A stretch of DNA of 64,000 bases, taken from positions 77,128,001-77,192,000 of the forward strand of contig OX597824.1 of the NCBI GenBank assembly GCA_951406725.2, read 5' to 3'. The notes beneath the pieces are model-generated. The model made no database searches. It was not told where the DNA came from and saw only the letters and a list, made by a program, of their open reading frames with translations. Positions 41,305-52,578 of this stretch are shown here, in pieces (the stretch's first letter is position 1; each line of letters begins with the position of its first letter). The position numbers and the translations under genes are program-made. Source of the stretch: Octopus vulgaris (lineage: Eukaryota).

Positions 41305-41665
41305 TACTCTTTTACTTGCTTCAGTCATTTGACTGCGGCCATGCTGGAGCACTGCCTTTAATTGAGCAACTCGACCCTGGGACTTATTCTATCGGTATCT
41401 TTTGCCAAACCACAAAGTAACGGGGACATAAACACACCAGCATCAGTTGTCAAGCTATGGTGGGGGGACAAACACACACATGCATATATATATATACATA
41501 TATACGACAGGCTTCTTTCAGTTTCCGTCTACCAAATTCACTCACAAGGCTTTGGTCGGCCCAAGGCTATAGTAGAAGACACTTGCCCAAGGTGCCACGC
41601 AGTGGGACTGAACCCGGAACCATGTGGTTGGTAAACAAGCTACTTACCACACAGCCACTCCTGCA
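41305..41665 (-). mobile_element. SINE family A
   Basis: Homologous to 920-1310. Confidence 0.9.
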
Positions 41666-41962
41666 CCAATGTGACACTAATTACCTAGTATTGTTGGATG
41701 CGGAGGTCATGAATGAGACCAGCTTGTGATCATGCTGGTTTGATGAGGCTACTCTGTCACCTGTTTCAGGACCTGCTACATGGTCCTGAAACAGGGTAAA
41801 AGCATTGCTCTTTCTTCTCCAGCAAAGTTATTAATATACACGTGCGTGTATCTGCATGCATGTATGTACATTTGTGTGTGTTTATATGTATGAATGTGTG
41901 TGTATATATGTATATACACATACACATGTGTGTACACACACACACACACACATATATATATT

Positions 41963-42193
41963 TATTTTCTTTACTACCCACAAGGGGCTAAACATAGTGG
42001 GGACAAACAAGGACAGACAAACGGATTAAGTCGATTACATCGACCCCAGTGTGTAACTGGTACTTAATTTATCGTCTCCGAAAGGATGAAAGGTGAAGTC
42101 GATCTCAGTGGAATTTGAACTCGGAACGTAGCGACAGATGAAATACGGCTACGCATTTCGCCCGGCGTGCGAACGTTTCTGCCAGCTTGCCGC

Positions 42194-42194
<1 letters not shown>
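41963..42194 (-). mobile_element. SINE family B, full length
   Basis: Reverse complement of 43451-43690. Confidence 0.9.
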
Positions 42195-42278
<84 letters not shown>

Positions 42279-42328
42279 TGTATATATCATCATATGTGTG
42301 TATATGTGTGCGTGTATAAATATGTGTG

Positions 42329-42362
<34 letters not shown>

Positions 42363-42387
42363 CATACAAACATATATATCCTATATG

Positions 42388-42440
<53 letters not shown>

Positions 42441-43450
42441 GTACAAATGTGATGATTGAGGAAGCAATAAAAAACATTTGTAACAAAGTCAGAAATATAG
42501 CAACTCACCAGAAATTTTATCTTTCGAATGATTATATATTTTGGTCACAGAGAGAAAATGTAGACGAGAGGTAATCCTAAAGACATCAGCATAGTACGTC
42601 ACAATCAGAGTGAATAACGGTTGAAAAGATAACCCGCCAAGGTGGACGGGTGCATCAGACAAAGGAGCAACGTTTTGGGTGGAGTCAGCAGAGTTGGTGA
42701 AGAAAGTAAACATTTCAACTGGAGAAATTTTGACGTTATTGTAACTCCTGCATATACGCTGTAATCAATTCATTTAGCTTTGACTGAGAGCTGAAATGAG
42801 CTTTTAATAACAGTATATAGCTGATAATTTATTAACTAATTACTTTACACTGCTTTTCTGTGGCTCTACTGTAGTGTTTATATATATATTTGTCAAGCCT
42901 GTGTTAGTCTAACTACTGTTCTTTTAATTTATCTACCGCCCCCACTCTTGTTTTCAACATTGCGGTTCAACCTACACAAACACATGTATATATATATGTG
43001 TGTGTGTGTATGTGTGTGTGTGTGTTTGTGTGTGTGTGCATCTTCCCATGCTTTCTTGCTTTCTCTTTCTCCTACTCTTTGCATTTATCACCATCTCTTA
43101 TAGTTCTACCCCTCTTTTGCTCTCACTTTCTCTCACACTCCTCTCTCTCTCTCTCTCTCTCATTCTATCTATGGTAGTTCCTCTTTCTTTTTCTTTGCTG
43201 TTCTCTTTTTGTTTTTTCTTGCCACACCCTTTTCCATCCAACTACATCAATAAATGTCAGCCGCCAAAAGGAGGGGCTGCAAAAGACATGGATACTTCCT
43301 TTCCATTTTCTTTAACTCATAAAAACAAAATTTAAAAAAATATTATTCATAAATTTTTCTTTAAATTAAGGGCAGAATAAATTTTCATTAAATTTAGGGC
43401 AGAATTGTTAGCTCCTTGGTTGAAATGCTTTGTGGTATTTCATCCTTCAA

Positions 43451-43681
43451 GGCGGCGAGCTGGCAGAAACGTTAGCACGCCGGGCGAAATGCTTAGTGGT
43501 ATTTCGTCTACTGCTATGTTCTGAGTTCAAATTCTGCCATGGTCGACTTTGCCTTTCATTCTTTCGGGGCCGATTAAATAAGTACCAGTTATGCACTGGG
43601 GTCGATATAATCGACTTAATCCATTTGTCTGTCCTCGTTCGTCCCCTCTGTGTGTAGCCCCTTGTGGGTAGTAAAGAAATA
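43451..43681 (+). mobile_element. SINE family B with a 15-bp TSD, inserted into an older SINE B
   Basis: ggtatttcatccttc at 43434-43448 and 43682-43696; older B sequence continues on both sides. Confidence 0.9.
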
Positions 43682-44144
43682 GGTATTTCATCCTTCCTTA
43701 CATACTGATATAAATTCCTACTGAGGTTGACTTTGCCTTTCATCCATTTGGTTTTGATAAAATAAGTACCAGCTAAGTACTGGAGGTGATGCAATTGACT
43801 TAACTACTCCTGGGTATGAGTATAAAAATCACATCCCTCTACCAAGCCACATCAAGCCAGTGTGACAGAGTAGCCTCATCAAACCAGCATGATCTCAAGC
43901 TCAAATTCATGACCTCCACATCCAACCATACTTAGTGGAGAGAACATGCTGAGGCCCTATTGCTGTAGTGGACTGAACATAGGTAATACAATCCAATCTA
44001 AGGGAGAGTGAATTTTAAGGATCAGTGATTAGTTCCATTTTCTTGACAATAAGCAAATGCATGATAAATCTCTCTCTAGAAAAGACACTTATCTATTATG
44101 TGTAACATTACTGTATTGGTCTGTTATGTTATTCTTTACAAAAG

Positions 44145-44250
44145 CTGTGAGAACTGGTGTAATATAGAACAGTGTTCTAGCAAGAATTACAGCATGGATG
44201 AGATGTAATTCTTGCAAGAACACTGTTCTATATTACACCAGTTCTCACAG
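44145..44250. repeat. Near-perfect hairpin, 47-bp arms and 12-nt loop
   Basis: ctgtgagaactggtgtaatatagaacagtgttctagcaagaattaca / tgtaattcttgcaagaacactgttctatattacaccagttctcacag, one mismatch. Confidence 0.95.
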
Positions 44251-44693
44251 TCCTTAATACACATCCCTCAAAAATCGATGGACTGGTCACATCTAGAATG
44301 ACTTTGATAATAAGTCTTGCTGGATTAAAATTGTTCTGAGGCTAAATTACTACAACAATAACAACAGCAGTGACAATATCCAGTCTGTTACAGGTAACAA
44401 TAGAGCATTGATCTGGTATCTCATTTCCACCCAGACCCAGGTGGTCTGAGGAAACATTTATTAACTATTCAAATCCAGTGTGAACATTTGAGGCAGTATT
44501 ACTTTAAAATAGCCATTAATACGTCATACTTAATGCTTATATATATATATATATATATAAGAAAATAGTAAAGTGTGAAAAAACGACAGAAGGCTTAAAT
44601 GTTAAAAAATATATATATTTGTGTCAAAATGTCTGGAGAATATTGGAAAAATTTTTTTCCTTTCCTTAAAATGACATAATTTAAAAATTTTTA

Positions 44694-44733
44694 AAGAAAT
44701 TACCGGTTTCGCGTGTAGCTTTTCAAATTTCTT
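44694..44733 (-). ncRNA. Minimal hammerhead ribozyme variant (U3-A8)
   Basis: AAGAAAU-UUGAAAA-GC(UACAC)GC-GAAA-CCGG-UA-AUUUCUU. Confidence 0.6.
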
Positions 44734-44999
44734 GTGACGTTATGTTTATATTGCATGGAGTTATCAATATATATATATACATATATACACACACACAATC
44801 GGTAGGCTAGCCAAAAGTACAATAAATATCAGTGAGGAAGCAAAATCACCCCAGCAATGGCTTGTGAGAAACTCAGATGCATTAAGGTCTTTTTAGGCCC
44901 TTTTCAATAGCATGTACAGGCAGCCTCCCAAAACTTTGTTGCCTCTGATATAGGAAACGGAATAAAATGAAAAATCCACTGATGTTGTAAACAACTGCT

Positions 45000-45360
45000 T
45001 GGCTGACCTGTAGAAGGACAAATGACCAGCGACCGAGACCTTTGGAAATATGCAGTACGTGAGAAGACCAGGCAGGACAAGTGAGCCCAGCCCACTTATG
45101 CATGCCTTTCCTCCCTTGGACACAAAGACCTGTTGAGGCACCAGCCTCACCTGACACCTGTGCGGGTGGCATGTAAAAAGCACCCACTACACTCACGGAG
45201 TGGTTGGCGTTAGGAAGGGCATCCAGCTGTAGAAACATTGCCAGATAAGACTGGAGCCTGGTGCAGCCTTCTGGCTTCCCAGATCCCCGGTCGAACCGTC
45301 CAACCCATGCTAGCATGGAGAACGGACGTTAATCGATGATGATGATGATGATGATGATGA
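45000..45360 (+). mobile_element. RTE LINE 3' end: ORF terminus plus a 3' UTR identical to family C
   Basis: 45022-45084 encodes MTSDRDLWKYAVREKTRQDK* (RTE DR..W terminus), followed by the family C body and (gat)n. Confidence 0.8.
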
Positions 45361-45368
45361 ATACTCTT

Positions 45369-45897
45369 ATCATCATCATCATCGTTTAATGTCCGTTTTC
45401 CATGCTGGCATGGGTTGGATGGTTTGACTGGGGGTCTGGGAAGCCAGGAGGCTGCACCAGGCTCAATCTGATCAGGTAGTGTTTCTACAGCCAGATGCCC
45501 TTCCTAACGCCAACCACTCTGAGAGTGTAGTGGGTGCTTATTAAGTGCTACTGGCACAGGAGCCAGAGGGAGCTGGCATCGACCATGCTTTGGTGGTGCT
45601 TTTACATGTCACCAGCATGGGAGCCAGAAGGGGGCTGGCATCAACCATATTTGGATAGTGCTTTTATGTGCCACTGGCATGGGAGCCAGAGGGGGCTGGC
45701 ATCAACCATGCTTTGATGGTGGTGCTTTTATGTGCCACCAGCACAGGAGCTAGAGGGGGCTGGCATCAACTATGTTTTGATGGTGCTTTTATGTGCCACC
45801 ATCACAAGAGCCAGAGGGAGCTGGCATTGACCATGTTTGGATGGTGCTTTTACGTGCCACCAGCACGGGAGCCAGTCAAGGCAGCACTGGCATCTGC
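45369..45897 (-). mobile_element. Family C with about six tandem 60-bp internal subunits
   Basis: ggtgctttt..gtgccac..gggagccagagggggctggcatcaaccat repeats at 45533-45897. Confidence 0.9.
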
Positions 45898-46440
45898 CCA
45901 TTAAAAACTCGGTGATATATATCTACCTACAAGTAGAGCTGAACTCACAACCTACATGATTCTATTTCAAGTTACGGCCATATGAACACGCACAATGAAA
46001 AAATTATGATATTCTGTCCCAGAGAAACTGAGCTATATATCTAACTACATATAAAACTGAACTCACAACTCACAAAATTTCAGTTCAACAGACAGCCTGG
46101 TGGACAAAGTAAAAATGTAACATTTTGTCCCAGCAAAACTTAATAATAAATACCCTAACTACCTTCAGTCGGAACTGAAATCATGATCAGTTTTCCTTTA
46201 CCTATGCACCTATCTTACCTGTACATGCTGATTACTCTGTGTGTTGTTCATTGTGTTATAAGATTACAAATATAATCACTGTTCATCCAAGACATCTGTG
46301 GGAGGTCATGTAATTAAATAAATCTCTTGTTTCACTTTCACTTTCTCTCTCTCTCAGTTGTTTCTGCACCAGATTTTTACATTTCAACTTAACATCAACA
46401 AACTCATGTCAACCTGTTTGTCTTGCGCTGTTGGTGCTGT

Positions 46441-46845
46441 CCCCCTTCCTTTCTTCTTCTCCTTCTTCTCTTCCTTTTCCCTCCTTCTCCTCCTCCTCCT
46501 CCTCCTCCTCCTCCTTCCCTTCTTCTTCATCTCCTTTCTGATCCTCCTTCCTATCCCTTCTTTCTACTCCTCCTTTCTCTTCTTCTCCCCTGCCCCTCCT
46601 CCTCCCCTGCTCACCCTTCTCCTCCAATCCCCCCTCCCCCTCCGCCTTCTCCTTTTCATCTCCTCCTCCTCCTCCTCCTCCCCTCTGCCTTCTCCTTTTC
46701 CTCTCCTCCACTTCCTCCCCCTCCCCTCCTCCTTTTCATCTCCTCCTCCTCTTCCTCTTCCTCCTCCCCACTTCTCCGCTTCCCCCTTCCATCTCCCCTT
46801 GTCCCCCTCCCCTCCCGTCCTTCCTCCTCCTCCTCTTTCCCTACT
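46441..46845. repeat. Polypyrimidine (CCT/CTT)-rich tract
   Basis: About 400 bp almost devoid of purines on the plus strand. Confidence 0.95.
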
Positions 46846-47278
46846 ACCAATCCCACTGCCTGCTTTTCGCTTCCCCTTCTTGTCCTATTCTCCCTACATG
46901 TGTCTTGTTCCACCTGTTCATTTTGGTTTTCATTCTTTCGTCTGCTTCTTCATCATCATTGCCTTCATCAGCTTCCTTAACATCACCCTCAATATTGTCA
47001 CCACCACGAACAACAACAACAACAACATCAACTGGTCATTCAACACTTTTGATAATATACTCTCCTGGACACACAGTGACTTTAAAGAAAATATTTAGAC
47101 AGAAATCTTTTGATCATAGGTCTGTTTGCTAGTGTAGAGTTCACCTGGAGTTAGATGATAAAAACAACAACAACAGCACTAGCCAACATTACCTCTTCTC
47201 ATTTGCCAACTAATCTTATAGTGTACTAAGTGCATTTTGTTGTAAAGTATTACTAGTACCACTACACTGTATCCTCAT

Positions 47279-47822
47279 CGGGCCGACCAAAGCCTTGTGA
47301 GTGGATTTGGTAGACAAAAACTGAAAGAAGCCTGTTGTATATATGTATATATATATATGTGACCTCGTGTGTACCGTTGGCGATTTTTTTTCCTCTGTCT
47401 TCCCTTCTCTGGATCTTTCCTTCTCCTATGTTTCCAACGAAGAGCTCCGCTCGAAACGTTAAACCCTCCTTCCTTCCTTCTTTCCTGAGCGTCCAATAAT
47501 ACTATATTTGTTCCACGTCCTCGTGTTGTTGTGTTTTTTTTGTGCTTTCTTGTTTGGATTAACTATATATATATATATATATATATAGTACGTGTGTGTA
47601 TATGTTTGTGCATCTGTGTTTGTTCCCCTAACATCGCTTGACAACCGATGCTGGTGTGTTTACGTCCCCGTAACTTAGTAGTTCGGCAAAAGAGACCGAT
47701 AGAATAAGTACTAGGCTTACAAAGAATAAGTCCTGGGGTCTATTTGCTCGACTAAAGGCGGTGCTCCAGCATGGCCTCAGTCAAACCACTGAAACAAGTA
47801 AAAGAGAGTACAAGAGTGTAAA
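47279..47822 (+). mobile_element. 5'-truncated SINE A with an H1-related hammerhead element (about 47360-47563) inside its internal TA tract
   Basis: SINE A halves on each side; the insert has gttt-ccaacga-a-gagc(tcc)gctc-gaaacgt-t-aaac at about 47430-47464. Confidence 0.85.
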
Positions 47823-48285
47823 GAGAGAAATCTTTTGATCATAGGTCTGCTTGCTTGTGTAGAGCTCACCTGGAGTTAGATGACAAAAACAACAACAATA
47901 GCACTAGCCAACATTACCTCTTCTCATTTGCCAACTAATATCACAGTATACTAAGTGCATTTTGTTGTAAAATATTACTAGTGCCATTACATTGTACCTT
48001 CATCATTTTAAGTTCTACTTTTCCATGCTTGCACGGGTCAGGCAGAGATTAGTGAGGCAGATTTTTCTACAGCCTGATGCCCTTCCTGTTGTCAACCCTC
48101 ACCTATTTCCAAGTAAGGCACTATGTCCCAAGGCCCAGAGTTTTGAAAATGAATGACACAGCTTGTATAAATGACAACTATTTTACAGCTATCATGTAAT
48201 GTTGAGGCAAAAAACCACAAACATACACACACTCACAAATCCCTACATACAAACAAACATACACATACAAACAAACATGCATACA

Positions 48286-48319
<34 letters not shown>

Positions 48320-48340
48320 CATATATACACACACATATAT

Positions 48341-48652
48341 ATCATCATCATCATCATCATCGTTTAACGTCCGTTCTCCATGCTAGCATGGGTTGGACGG
48401 TTCGACCGGGGATCTGGGAAGCCAGAAGGCTGCACCAGGCACCAGTCTTATCTGGCAATGTTTCTACAGCTGGATGCCCTTCCTAACGCCAACCACTCCG
48501 TAAGTGTAGTGGGTGCTTTTTACGTGCCACCTGCTCAGGTGCCAGGCGAGGCTGTCAACGGCCACGGTCGGATTGGTGTATTTTATGTGCCACCGGCACG
48601 GAAGCCAGTCGAGGCGGCGCTGGCATCGGCCACGAGTCGGATAGTGCTTTTT
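48341..48652 (-). mobile_element. Family C
   Basis: Near-identical to 45150-45360. Other C copies lie at about 48000, 48760 and 50972. Confidence 0.9.
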
Positions 48653-49080
48653 ATATATATATATATATATATATAAGATTATTAAATATCCAAAGTTCTG
48701 AGTAAGTCCTTTTTCTTAATATATAAAATCTGTACACCACTTCAAACAATCTATTTGTCGTCATCATCATTTCACGTCTGTTTTCCATGCTGGCATGGGT
48801 TGGACAGTTTGATGGGAGCTGGTGGGCCAGGGGCAGCATCAGGTTCCATTATCAGATTTAGCATGGTTTCTATGGCTGGAAGTTCTTCCTAATATGAACC
48901 ACTCTACAGAATGTACTAGGTGTTATTTACATGACATTAGTACCTGTGCTGTTTTACATGGCACCAGCACCAAGTACTTTTATGTGACACCAGCGTCAGT
49001 GCATTTCATGTGCACCATCACTGGTGCTTTTTACATGCCTTGAGCATCAGTGGTATTTACTTTACACCAGCACCATATAT

Positions 49081-49141
<61 letters not shown>

Positions 49142-49151
49142 ATATAGAAGG

Positions 49152-49202
49152 AGCTTCTACAGGACTAGAACTGTTTCATTCAGATGAAATCTTCAGGAAG
49201 CT
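49152..49202 (-). ncRNA. Type-I hammerhead ribozyme inside a loopless 116-bp palindrome (49143-49258)
   Basis: AGCUUC-CUGAAGA-U-UUC(AUCU)GAA-U-GAAA-CAG(UUCUAGUC)CUG-UA-GAAGCU. Core intact, with U.U at the base of stem II. Confidence 0.65.
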
Positions 49203-49331
49203 TCCTGAACATTTCATCTGAATGAAACAGTTCTAGTCCTGTAGAAACTCCTTCTATAAAATAAATTACTTTACTCTGCTATGTATTGAGTACCTTATTT
49301 ACTGTGGTTAACCCCGACTCAAACTGGGACC

Positions 49332-49386
<55 letters not shown>

Positions 49387-49567
49387 ATATGTATATACAT
49401 ATACTCTTATACTCTCTTTTACTCTTTTCCTTGTTTCAGCCATATAGTAGCTCTTTCTACTGTGTGTTTAAATTCATATTTATCTCTCACTGGATAGAGT
49501 ACTTTTTTGTTTGTTAATTCTACTTCTATTGGATCTTTAGACTATATATATATAAGTATATATATAT

Positions 49568-49625
<58 letters not shown>

Positions 49626-50120
49626 TGTATAGACACGCAGAGCTTCTGTCCAATAAATCCAACTGGCAAATTTTCAATTGCCCAAGACATGCTAAATAAA
49701 AATTTTCTTCTCTCTTCTATATATTTGTTCTTCATAGACGGCAATAAAACAGAGTAAGTAAAAGAGAAGGAGATTGCAGAGGAACTAGGCTAAAGTGGAG
49801 AAATAAGCAAGATTAAGAAGGCAGAGCCAAGATGACAGGAATGACAGTTAGAAAGAGAGGGAAGAAAAAGCCTGCTTCACTATTTTTAAAACACCAGTAA
49901 TAAGTGCCATTGATATTTGGCTGTCATTTCTAGCAGATTAAATAACTGCATAGAAGCTCCTTGTTAAGTTTGTCTAGTGTTTAATTGTTAAAAATTTCTA
50001 GTTTCAGTTAGAGATTTATTATACTACACAGGTTAATGTGATATTTGAAATGTTTGTTTGCTGTTACTTCTCTGCTGATTAAATGAGATAAAGTTATACA
50101 CACAAACACACACACACACA

Positions 50121-50159
<39 letters not shown>

Positions 50160-50312
50160 ACACAAATATATATACATGTATATACAGATGCACACAGATG
50201 AAATAAAAACCTTTCAGGTAACAATTTATACTGTTTTATAATTATATAATATATAATTATGAAGTAAGAATATATATATATGTATATATATATGTGTATA
50301 CATATGTATATA

Positions 50313-50419
<107 letters not shown>

Positions 50420-50546
50420 ATGTATACAGATATAGGGTGAAAGATAATTAATTTAATAAAATCAACAAATTTCACCTAGTAGTTTTTCGGTATGGAAAAG
50501 GACCATATTCGGTAAAAACTTATACAAAAAGTTCTTTTATATATAA

Positions 50547-50664
50547 TTATAACAATAAGGGTTTTGCAACAAGTTGCTTGACCACATACCGAAAATTTGG
50601 CTGCTATTTCTAAAATTTTCCATATGTGGTCAAGCAACTTGTTGCAAAACTCTTATTGTTATAA
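50547..50664. repeat. Fold-back inverted repeat, 42-bp arms
   Basis: ttataacaataagggttttgcaacaagttgcttgaccacata and its reverse complement, one mismatch. Confidence 0.9.
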
Positions 50665-50683
50665 ATATATATATATGTATATT

Positions 50684-50730
<47 letters not shown>

Positions 50731-50764
50731 CGTTCTTGATTGCTAAATCCACAAGTTTTTTTTA

Positions 50765-50915
50765 TTCACGCTCTGCTTATTTTCTCTTATTCCTTTCTGC
50801 TGAAGAGTGTAGGCTCGAAACGTAAAAGACTTTCTCACTCACCCGAGCATCAAACTAATACACCTGTTTGTTGTCCATACACCTGTCTTCATCATTTGTT
50901 TTACCTGAAAATTTC

Positions 50916-50920
<5 letters not shown>
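50765..50920 (+). mobile_element. Family H1 hammerhead-like element
   Basis: cttt-ctgctga-agagtgtaggctc-gaaacgt-a-aaag at 50793-50828. Confidence 0.7.
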
Positions 50921-50969
<49 letters not shown>

Positions 50970-51277
50970 TATCATCATCATTTAACATCCGCTTTCCATG
51001 CTAGCATGGGCTGGACGATTTGATTGAGGATTGGCGAACCAGATGACTGTGCCAGGCTCCAATCTTATCAGGCAGAATTTTTACAGCTGGATGCCCTTCC
51101 CAACACCAACCACTCCGAGAGTGTAGTGGGTGCTTTTACGTGCCACCGGCACGAGGGCCAGTCTGGCAGTACTGGCAACGGCCATGCTCAATATATATAT
51201 ATATATATACACATATATATACATGTGTGTGTTTGTATATATATGTATATATATATATATCTATATATATAAATAAG

Positions 51278-51310
<33 letters not shown>

Positions 51311-51613
51311 AGGGAGATTCGTTATAGAAATAAGAATATACCATAAATAGGTATAAAAAATGGAGAGGATATTGTTGCAACAGAAATAGAATAAATCTAT
51401 TGTTTCAACATTTTCCCTCCATTTTTTTTATACTCGTTTATGGTATATACTTATACCTGTAACTAATCTAATTTTGGGGTCGATTAAATAAGTACCAGTT
51501 ATGCACTGGGGTTGATGTAATTGATTTAATCCCTTTGTCTGTCCTTGTTTGTTTCCTCTATGTTTAGCTCTCTTTCGGCAATAAAGAAATATGTATATAT
51601 ATATATGTATATA

Positions 51614-51657
<44 letters not shown>

Positions 51658-51905
51658 ATCATACACTCATACATGTATATATATTTATTGAGATCAAATT
51701 CAATTGTAAGCAAAGTCAAACAGTTTGGCACTGTGTAAATACTTTATTTAATTTCACTGCTATGAATTCAGAATGTCTGTGATTACAACAATTGCTCTGT
51801 GCCATACCAGTCTTGACTGGGTGTGTCTGATCTGTGTAAACATTACTAGTCAATAATACACTGCAGTCCTTCAGAAATGCCCATTATATACATCTGTATG
51901 TATAG

Positions 51906-51952
<47 letters not shown>

Positions 51953-52127
51953 TGTGTTTGTGTTCCCGCATACGTAAGACAAGAAACACAACACAGGCTA
52001 CACCATAATCTGTTGCCTGCTTTCAGAAAAGTCCTTTACATGTTTTCAGTATCTATACGTTCACACACGTTTACATACACACAGACATATACATGCATAC
52101 ATACATATGAACATACACATACATTCA

Positions 52128-52186
<59 letters not shown>

Positions 52187-52377
52187 GTGTGTGTATAAAA
52201 AAAATGTCGTTTCCTTGGTTTTGTTTTTATGTTTTCGTTTCTCATTGTGTTCAACGTTTTTTTTTGGGTGTCCTGTACCCATATATGCATGTATATATAC
52301 ATATAGATGTAGGTACGTACATATATGTATGTATATATGCATATATTTTATTTATTATTTTGTTATTATATATACAC

Positions 52378-52578
52378 ATGAATGGGTGCTGAAAAGTTCC
52401 TGGCTTTAAGGGTATGGTGAAATGCCATGGTTGGAGGCCTTAACTTCGAAGTTCTTTTACAGGACTTAGAAAATACTGATGGACTGTTGCAATAAGTATG
52501 TGAATCTGAGAGGGGAATGTGTTGAATAAAATCATAATTAACTGATTCTCCTGTATTTTCTTTTACCCAAAGCCAATA
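52378..52578. mobile_element. Mariner-type MITE
   Basis: gggtgctgaaaagttcctggcttt terminus; reverse-orientation homologue of 10988-11195. Confidence 0.7.

Noticed and set aside
45533-45897. CRISPR-like regularly spaced repeats
   Set aside because: The spacers are homologous to one another, the array is internal to family C, the context is eukaryotic and no cas genes are present.
46358-47098. 246-aa Pro/Leu/Ser ORF
   Set aside because: Product of the polypyrimidine tract.
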